A stretch of 62,200 bases of DNA, the filler included, from Sphacelaria rigidula (Eukaryota), in NCBI GenBank assembly GCA_964200075.2. It is 8 parts of 8 records of this genome, joined end to end, with 100 filler letters (N's around TTAATTAATTAA, not from the genome) between each part and the next. Parts side by side here need not be neighbours in the genome. Positions count along the whole stretch, not along the records: positions 46,727 to 54,413 come from CAXNAA020013789.1; positions 54,514 to 62,200 come from CAXNAA020013790.1; 6 more parts are not named here. One strand, given 5' to 3'. Shown here in pieces: positions 53,551 to 62,200 of this stretch. The first letter of the stretch is position 1; each line of letters begins with the position of its first letter. A program made the translations under genes and the position numbers. The notes beneath the pieces were generated by a model, which did not search any database, was not told the DNA's origin, and worked only from the letters and a program-made list of their open reading frames with translations.

Positions 53551-54976
53551 GTTATCTGGAAGAAATGTGATGAACATATATGATTAGGGTCGAGCATCCG
53601 TGCAACCGTCGGACACTAATGTGGCTGCTGCGTCGGAACATGTAGTACCTTTCCACCGCACGTGCACGGCACCATGAATCGCTCCAGAACTGGGAACTGC
53701 TTGGAGAACATTCGGAGATGCTTCCGAACGACAGTATTTGTGCCCGATGGAGGGTGCATGGTTCATCTGTGACAGAGTCCACGTGTGGAGCTTGGTGTTC
53801 TTCCGTATGTGCACTGTGCAGCGGGCAGCCCGGTTAGTGCGTACCAGTGCAAGTGGGACAAGGGTTCCCCAAGATTGACCTTGTTGCTTAAAATTGAAGC
53901 GATCGCATGCGCATGCTCTATGATGAGGCAAATATTGATACGCGGGGTGTTTTGACCTTTTTTTAACTCGATTGTGTCCATTTTCTACGTAAGTGCCTTT
54001 TGCGGTTGTTTTCGTTGGTTTATCTTGGGTATCCGCATCTGGTGTCCACCAGTGCGTTAATTCCAATTTTCAAATTGGTTGTTGTCTCAGACTATTCCAG
54101 ATTCGGCTATAGATTTCTGTGACAGAAAACACTCGCGTTTTTTTCGGAATACTTTTTAAAAAACGAGCAGAACCCCTAAAAAAACCAGCAGAACCTTTCG
54201 GAGAACTGCTCAAAAGATTACCCCATTATCTTGACTACAGCGTGGTACACTCAGCACGAAATAACTCTGCAGTGGTGTATGAACTGCAGAGTACTACACT
54301 AAACACCAGACAACACGGCGGTATGCAGTGTTTTTTTGTTTCAGAACCTGAACACGGACTTTCTGTGTGTGTGACCCCGGCTGGTGCGCCCACATATACC
54401 AAAATGTCTGGACNNNNNNNNNNNNNNNNNNNNNNNNNNNNNNNNNNNNNNNNNNNNTTAATTAATTAANNNNNNNNNNNNNNNNNNNNNNNNNNNNNNN
54501 NNNNNNNNNNNNNCCCAATTGTAAAGATCTAGACATCTCGATGTCTTCGCCTAAGTAGAGCACACCTGCCGGTGCCTGTTAATTAAAGTAAACCACACCT
54601 GGCTAGTGCGTAAGGTTACCTGTGTCTTGTAAACCGTTGGTCATTTGCATTGTCTAAATTTTGAGTGTATGTTGCGGGAGGGACAAAAACAAAATCGGAT
54701 ATCGAAGACTGCATCGATCTCGCGAAGCAATAGAAACATCTCACTTCTGCTAACTGTATGAACCATGATACATATACCATATGCGGTATCCGTAAACTGA
54801 AGAACATTACTGCCACCGCGTCTGGGGGGTCGAGCTAGACGATGACACTAGTCTGAGTGGCATTTGCGAGTTCAGAATCCCGAACGTAAGGGCATTTTTG
54901 GATTTTTTGTCGACTAAGTTTGAGAACGAGTTTCGATGAAAATAATGTCATTCGATCACCGTGAAGTGCTTTAGGG

Positions 54977-55160
54977 GACCGTGTGCTTAGAGGACCGCAT
55001 CGTCGTTCGAAACACCTCAGGATCGACGTTTTTCAAAACGATTCGGGCCAGTCCCCGCAGGGACCACGCCCCTGACCCTAACCCCAACACTAACCCTAAC
55101 GCTGACCCTAACCAAAGGAACATTCAGGCGCCGACGCGGTCCTTTAAGCACGCGTTCTTC
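54977..55160. mobile_element. Small TIR element carrying internal telomere-like CCCTAA repeats
   Basis: GGACCGTGTGCTTAGAGGACCGCATCG and CGACGCGGTCCTTTAAGCACGCG are inverted, around a core CCCTAACCCCAACACTAACCCTAAC. A related one-ended copy lies at ~21550-21620. Confidence 0.65.
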
Positions 55161-56307
55161 TCACGCATTACAAGTGTCAACTGGCTGTGGAAGTGCTGAT
55201 CCAGTGCTGGATGATGACAAAGTGCGATGCAGGTACACACCGGTACAGGGATGGGTAGGTGATCCCTAGAGAGATGATGAGCTCGTCTCGAGGAGGGGAG
55301 GATGGGGAAGTGGGGAGTCTCGAGTGTACGGCAGCTAAACAGTGACGCAGGGTACATCGACGATTGGAAACTCGTGTCATTTCCACCATCGTATCGGGTG
55401 CACCCTTCACATGTATCGAGAATCGAGTGTTGTGCATCTTCAATTGAAGTATACCCAAGCTTCATCGCGGACGAAGTGTATTGAATATATGTATTTGATC
55501 TAACTTCCAGGGATAACTCCATCCACTGGGTTGTGCCAGTATGTGTATCACGGGCATGAGCAAAAGTCACTCGGAGGGTGGCTTGAGACGCGGATAGGCG
55601 TGGGGCACGGTTCCTTTGATCGCCGGGGTGAAACTTCGGGGCGTTCCAGTTATTTTGCAATAGATAAATGATCCCGACTTGTCTGGTTGATGATGGCCCA
55701 CCCTGGCGTTCAAATGGGTTGAGGTTTTTTGTGTGTAATGCCGAGGTACGATACACGTCTTCTTCCAGACACGCCAATGTTCGGAGGTCTTAGTCCGGGG
55801 CTACCTACTCATTGATACGTCACGCAATAGTTCGCAACACGGTGCTCTACAAGTTTTCACGGTTAGGACAAATATAATCGTGATTCCACTCATGTTCTTC
55901 ACTTCAACGAATAAATCATGCGAGTCGTACATCATTTGTAATTCATACAGGTTTCGAGCTCTTTTGTCGTGCAGTACACCGTCAACGGTACCTGTTTCCT
56001 ACCCCCAGGTCATAGGGGGTAGATCATGGACACATGTCAACCCCCTGTAGAAAAATGCGGAATTAATCGATTGTACATGCCACCCAAACTTACCATGAGG
56101 CGTGAATGACATCTACATCTATGCCATGGGTATGCCTCCGTGCGGGACGAAGATGTGGCACATCGTTGAATCCTCTCATGGCATGGGCCCTGCATCAGTT
56201 GTACTTTTCTCCCATCTGTATGCGGTTGAGATGACTGTACTGCATATGTTATTCACCGTCGGGTGCATGCGGGACCAACATTTGAATACAGGTTGACACC
56301 TGTCATG

Positions 56308-56703
56308 TCATGAGGAGTCAGGTCGTATTAATCTTGATTCGTCGTAGCAGTGCAAGTTTCTGTGTAGCGCGTCAACAATAACACTATATTTTTTCCTTTT
56401 TTTTGCGACACGCTCTTGTATTATTATTATTTTCCCATCGGCAAAGCTTTGCAGATCTTCTTGGATTGTCCGCGGATCCTTCTCGTCGTCGGTTACTGAG
56501 CCGCTCTCGCCGTTGACCAATTCAACCATGTCTGCCCGTCGGAGATCTTCGATAATGTCTTCTGTTGCTGATCCCAGTCCGAGATCTTCGGCGATGTTTT
56601 CTGTTGCTGATCCCGGTCGGAGATCTTCGATGACGTCTTCCACTGCTGATCCTGGTCGGAGATCTTCTTTGTCATCTTCCCTGTTATCTTCCGCCAGGTT
56701 CAC
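56308..56703 (-). pseudogene. Acidic ORF fragment with 39-bp (13-aa) tandem repeat, unknown family
   Basis: EDLRPGSAxEDxI repeated about 3.5 times (56540-56670), then a KKRKK basic patch. No clear ATG or splice context. Confidence 0.4.
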
Positions 56704-58299
56704 AAGTCAGCTTGACGGTGTCAGTAGAGTTTACTGCTTGGTAGTTACTTGATTGTAGAGTGAACGAAAATCTCCCAAAATCCGGATTTTCAATGAGGGT
56801 GGTGAGCTCCTAGCGTGCGCAAAACGCGTTTTTGTCTGAATCGGCGCCTGGGGCGCCGATTCGAGGTCGGGCAACGCACACTTTGCCTAGGGAACACTTT
56901 GCACCCCCCTTGCCCGAGGGTTCTCGGTATGCCTTCGTTGGGGTTAGGGGTAGGGTTAGGTTAGGTTTAGTGTCAGTGGTATTCGAAATCACGAATTGCC
57001 GAGAAATTTCCCTCTCCTACCAAGTGGTAAACTGACCTCGTTGATTTGGTTGTCCGGCAGTTTGTTTGGATCATTTTCTCGCCCCTTGGCCGCACAGAGG
57101 CACAGGTTGTCTGTCCATTCGTTCAATTGGTATCCTTTTTGCACCCGAGCGATGACGGTCGGAGTCACGTTTCCATCTCGGGGCGTTTAAAGAGTGGGTG
57201 GATCAACGTGAACCCCTCGTCTGCAAGACACTCTACCATTCTCCTACTCCGTCTCATGTGTGTAGGCCAATGCGAACGTTTCGTGATTTGACTTTAGCAT
57301 GAAAGTTGTCCCTGCAGTAAAGAGGGTGTATGCGACGAGTGGCGTTGAAAACCTGAATCATGGCATGCCGAAGGAGTCGGTGAAGACATATGGTATACGA
57401 CGAAAAATGCAAAAACATAAATCCGGAGGGCCTCTTGCCGGATCGTATTGGGTGAAACTACCCGCTGTGTTGCTTAGACGACGAAGGAGCTAGGCATATT
57501 TTATCTAATCGACTCACGGGGCAGGTTTGCGAAATACGATCCATCAAGATGCCCCTATTTTGTGTCGCGTTGTACTCTGTCGTACCGTATCATGCAACCG
57601 TTTCTATTTTTTCTTATTCACGTGCCGTGGTTTCGCTTCTGAAGCCGTTCGTCGCATTCACCTCACTTTGAAGGTGCTCGAGGTAAGCGCAGTCAAATAG
57701 ATTTGTCGAAACCGTGTAACCGCGACGAACTCTAGGATCGCTCTTGGAGGAGGATCGGTGTGTGGAATGCGAAGTCGCGGAAGCGCGCAGTGGCATACAT
57801 TCATGGACACTGATGCGCACCATTGAAGCCAAAAAAAGAGCTGGGCATATCAGCACAGGCGCATCGTGTGATCATTATAGTTTCTGGCGTGCCCCAACAC
57901 GGCGGTGTTCATTTTTTTTATGTCACTACGTCAACTCTTTCAACCGTTTGGGCTCCAGATCTCGTTTCAAGACAATATCGAACGCCGACTTTCATTTGTC
58001 AACTACCCTGATGACATGGCTGAGCAGCTCCTCGCTGGTTGCAAGCACCCCCCCCCCCCCCAGAAGCAGCGTGTCCTAGATCCCGTGGTTTCCCAACCCT
58101 CACCTCGTTTTCTTTGAGTCAACCAAATCGGTAAGTGTACACATCGTCATAGTGATCGATTCAGTGTCGGCCAATGACGTCTAGCGACGGAAGGGCCAAC
58201 ACCCCTACATGACGAAAAAAGCCCAACCGTTCCGCTTCTTTTAACACTGCAACAGGCTCTTCTCGCCATGGATCGTCGTCAACGACAGTATCTACTAAC

Positions 58300-58710
58300 G
58301 CTCGGCGTAGAACTTCAACACTCTCCTACGACTTCCCCGCAAGCAACATCCCCGAACGTCGTGAATACGACTGCAGTGAACACGGCATGCTGCCGCTACA
58401 TAAGTCAGGACCGGTACCTACAGTATCCCGTCGGAGATCGGTTGTGTCAACATTACGTCCATCGGACTCCTACCGGGAGTCGGTGTCAATGACAGTATCC
58501 ACGGACACCCGCCGTCAGTCGTCATCTACGAACGCTCGACGTGGATCTTCCACGGCGTAGAACTTCAACACTCTCCTACGACTTCCCCGCAAGCAACATC
58601 CCTGAACGTCGTGAATCCAACAATAGCGAACATGGCATCATGCCGTCACACCAGTCAGGACCGGTATCTACCATATCCCGTTGGAGATCGGTTTTGTCAA
58701 CATCACGGCT
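58300..58710. repeat. Tandem duplication, ~250-bp period
   Basis: CGGCGTAGAACTTCAACACTCTCCTACGACTTCCCCGCAAGCAACATCCC..CAGGACCGGTA..GGAGATCGGTT at ~58303 and ~58553. Confidence 0.85.
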
Positions 58711-59728
58711 ATTTTTACCACCAGGAAGATGTTGAATTCGCCGGGCGAAGAGTTCTAGTATTACACCGGACAAGGTGCATCCAGAATTGGTCTTTGTCCA
58801 TACCAGAGTCTTGTTGAGACTGCTGCTTTCCTCATATGTGCATTTTTATCATCCTTGTCGTCTCTACAGTCGATGTATAAGATTCCATGCTTTCCTTCAC
58901 CGGAGATGGCTTTTCGTGTTGTGTATGTAGGTTCTATTGACAGTGGCGCCGACAGCAACTGCGTCGTTGACGAGCAAGATCTCGCCCTCGCGATCTTTGT
59001 GTTTCATGGCAGTTGAAGATGCACCTTCTTGGTGAAAAATAGACCGTGATTCAAAATTAAAGTAAGCGTGGGGCCGGTGAAAGCTATCAAATGGGATTGT
59101 ACCGTGCTTTAAGCGCACCGTGTTCCGTCAGCGTGCATACTCTTCTTCCCATCGGTCACGAACTCCGAAGTTTCATGTGTATCACTTTTGAAATAGTGCA
59201 GCTTTTTGCTCGGGCGTCGGCATGGAAGCAAAAAACATTATCCATAACCATTTTTGGTCATGAAATGAAAAATAATAAGAGATGAAGCAATGTAATTAGT
59301 GCTCGTACATTACATCTCATACTTCATAATTCATGAATATTTTCAAAACGTTCTTCCCTATAGAATAAAATTAATAGCCGAACTGAAAAAAAAAAGTTTT
59401 TCAGGGCTTGGATAAAATTTTTCTAAAAGACTAACACCATTTTTTGTTGAGATAAAACTAGCAGGAAAAACTGAACTATTTGAATTACCGTCAAATGTCT
59501 CATAATAAACAATAGAAGAAAATTTATTTCAAGTATCCAAAGACAACATTTTTGCATATAAATCAAAAATACCTTTAACTATCGCAAGCGTTAATAGCTG
59601 AATTACATTTGTATGAAGTAAAATACCTTTAGTAGGAAACATATCAACATTATTTGTACTCTGCTCAAATAGAAACGACTGAAAAACTTGATTTTTATTG
59701 CTATAAAAGCTATCAACTCCTGGCCGTA

Positions 59729-62200
59729 CTATGTACCTGCTCGCACAACGAAAGGTCGATATCGATGGTGAAACTCAGCTACGGGACAGTACAAATGGCG
59801 ATCGCAATGAGGTGTTGTTCTGAGCTTAACATCGAGTTTCACACATAGTGTCTACCTACGGAACATTCCACTATGGTGCGAGCAATACCGGTGCATGCTA
59901 TAGACGTCCTCATCAGTTTGGACCTCAGGGCAGCATCTATCCCTGTCGGGTTGGTTTGCAGACCGCTAAAAACTGACCTGATTGGTACCAGCGACCAGTT
60001 GGACTTACTGTTCGATGCTACATGTGTGGCTCCTTCCGATTGATCATCGAGTAGTACCATGTGAGACGATGTCCTCGATGTTAACACAGGTAGCACACCT
60101 TTGCCATCAGACACCATTACAACATGTGGCCCAGTGTTGTCCGATTGGAGTATTGACTTCAACACAGCACCATCGCATGTGCAGACTCCAGTACCCACCA
60201 GCCGACTCTTGGTACTAACCATGGACTTAGATGACAGCCCAGTGATGCTAGTACGGGACATGGTACTCACACCGATGTCGTCTACCATACCATGCAATAC
60301 CATCATACTATTGGCAACACGATGTAGATGAGGCGATCTCACATGGGCGATCAGTATCAGCATCAACGGTGCGAGTTCAGATACGTTGACTAGCTCATCT
60401 GATAGTAGCTCGAACACCAAATCCTCCACTGTAGTCCCAGGCCTGACTATCATCTTCTTCCGGTTGGATATCACAACCTTCAACAACTCGTTCTTGCTCC
60501 GTCCGGTGTAGCACAGGCTGTAGGCTACAGGTGAGCACACATGGTTAGGTAGCACTCTGGTAGCCTTAGTGCATACACTCATGTACACCTGCTTGTCATA
60601 GTCGGTGATTGCAATGTTCCCATCGTGATCGACTAACACACCTGTATGTAATCGAACTAGGTAGCTGAGGTATGTTGGTGCCATAGTTCATGTCTAGCCG
60701 TGAGTACACTGATATCGTACCATCACTGTGTGCTAGGTCCGTAATGTTGGGGCACCACTTAATCCTCCGACCCAGCGAACTTACTGACTCTCGCTGTTTG
60801 ATCCTATCGATATTAGGCAGATAGGCGTGTACCACACCCGATATGACAACGAGCGACTCGTTAGTGCTAGCCATTATCAGGGAGCGACAGTGGTCGACGT
60901 AGACTATGCATTCGTCCATCACTATGAGATCAACACTGAGGTGACTACAGATATTGGCTGCCCATGAGCATACGATAGCCAGTGTGCACCCAACAGGTCT
61001 AGCTACTGTCGATCGGACGTAGGTGGGTGTTGCCCTCATTACATCACCTTGACTGAACAGGACCTCAACATATCGTAAGTGTCACCATTGACATCATCAA
61101 CATCCTTTTTCATCACCCTTGTGTATGTCCACTGATTGTTCATTATGTGACTAGCACAGGTTGTGGGATCTACTCTGTGTCTAGACACTACCTGAATGTC
61201 ATCCGACAAAGTAGTCAGGACGTGCTCTGTGTACATCAGGTAGGCAGATCCCATGGTCGGTAGTCTGCTCAGCTTCCTTTTCACAATGTGCTCGATGGTT
61301 ACTATGCCCACCTTACTGTCAGGGTCGATAGGCGAGTAGATGGACCTAGAGTACCGTCCTGCCCCCGATTGTTGAACGCGGGTAGTCAACCTCAGTGAGC
61401 GAGCGAGGGACGAAGATGACCTACCGCGTAGTACAACTAGTTGCAGCGAGTGCCAATCTGCAACAAAAGTAGATCGGAAAGTGTCGGTCGTATGGTCTAG
61501 CGATTGCCTTGTTGCATCACGTTGGATGAGGCTTTGTCTGTCGCCATACTCCCTACGAGTAGGCATAGCCTGTAACAACACACTGTTGAGCAAGGCTGGT
61601 CGTTTGTGTGGCAGGTAAGAAGACAACTTTGCGGCAACCGGACCATAGTCGGGACATGACATAACCTCAGTCGCGGCCTCATCCAATGATCTGATTTAAA
61701 ACCTTATAGACGACAGTAGTGTTCCACACAAGTCGCATGTGCCACTCGCGTCCAGTGCTGAGCCTACCATCGAACTAACAGTCACAGCAGGCAGCACACT
61801 ATGGCAGCTCCTAAACCGACAGAGGAGTACGTATCTAGCTTGGTGCCACAACCGCCAGTGAAGCCATATGAGGACAGTGCGGATGATGTGAGGTTTACAA
61901 TGCACACCATACTTGACTCGATAAGGGAATTGACGGCTGTCTGCAGATCCAACGATGCACAGATAAGAGTGTTGAACACCAGACTGGATTCCCTATGTTC
62001 GTTTGTCAATCGAGTGGCGATTGGTATGGGAGCTGAGTCCCGTATTGTAGCCGCCGTACAATCTAATAGTACGCCTGCCGAAAAGTCTAATATGACTCCA
62101 ATGGCATGGAAGTACCTCATGTTGGGTTCCATAAGAGCAATATGGACTACCCTCTCATCGGAAGCTGGTGGTAGAGCATTTCCAGTGACGGCAGATGTGA
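59729..62200 (-). pseudogene. Intronless fossil ORF (>800 codons, 5'-truncated); candidate endogenous negative-strand RNA virus L-protein C-terminal region with methyltransferase-like motifs
   Basis: Five listed ORFs plus a short terminal frame tile the region and join through four single frameshifts and one in-frame stop. The frame is open to the window edge. Motifs RLVG..LKSIL..VMVSDGKG, GID and TLCVK. The viral assignment is by-eye inference. Confidence 0.6.

Noticed and set aside
59839-61686. Operon-like coupled genes (TAATG overlap at 61039)
   Set aside because: The downstream frame is already open upstream of the ATG and each junction is explained by one indel. A single frameshifted ORF is simpler than a prokaryotic operon.

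Overview
This window is not one locus. It is eight unrelated contigs of 7687-7688 bp joined by 100-bp artificial spacers (N-run, TTAATTAATTAA, N-run). Long introns, the gene style and the repeat families suggest a repeat-rich stramenopile nuclear genome, probably a brown alga (inference). Two real intron-split host genes are present, both cut by contig ends: a bifunctional HPPK-DHPS folate gene (+, 34141-38304, six exons, one GC-AG intron) and the 3' half of the RNA polymerase I initiation factor RRN3 (-, 46344-39009). There is also a disrupted gene with an 81-bp/27-aa ankyrin-like array whose variation is concentrated at a few positions (51324-53550). Most of the rest is transposon debris: copia fragments, an internally deleted chromodomain-bearing Ty3/gypsy element (250-bp LTRs, ACCC TSD) nested in a relative, hAT and PIF/Harbinger MITEs with TSDs, foldback elements, SINE/LINE pieces and microsatellites. 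The most striking item is the last ~2.5 kb (59729-62200, -). It is an intronless, frameshifted fossil ORF of more than 800 codons whose C-terminal part resembles the methyltransferase domain of negative-strand RNA virus L proteins, so it is a candidate endogenous RNA-virus element. That call rests on motif recognition by eye and needs a profile search.
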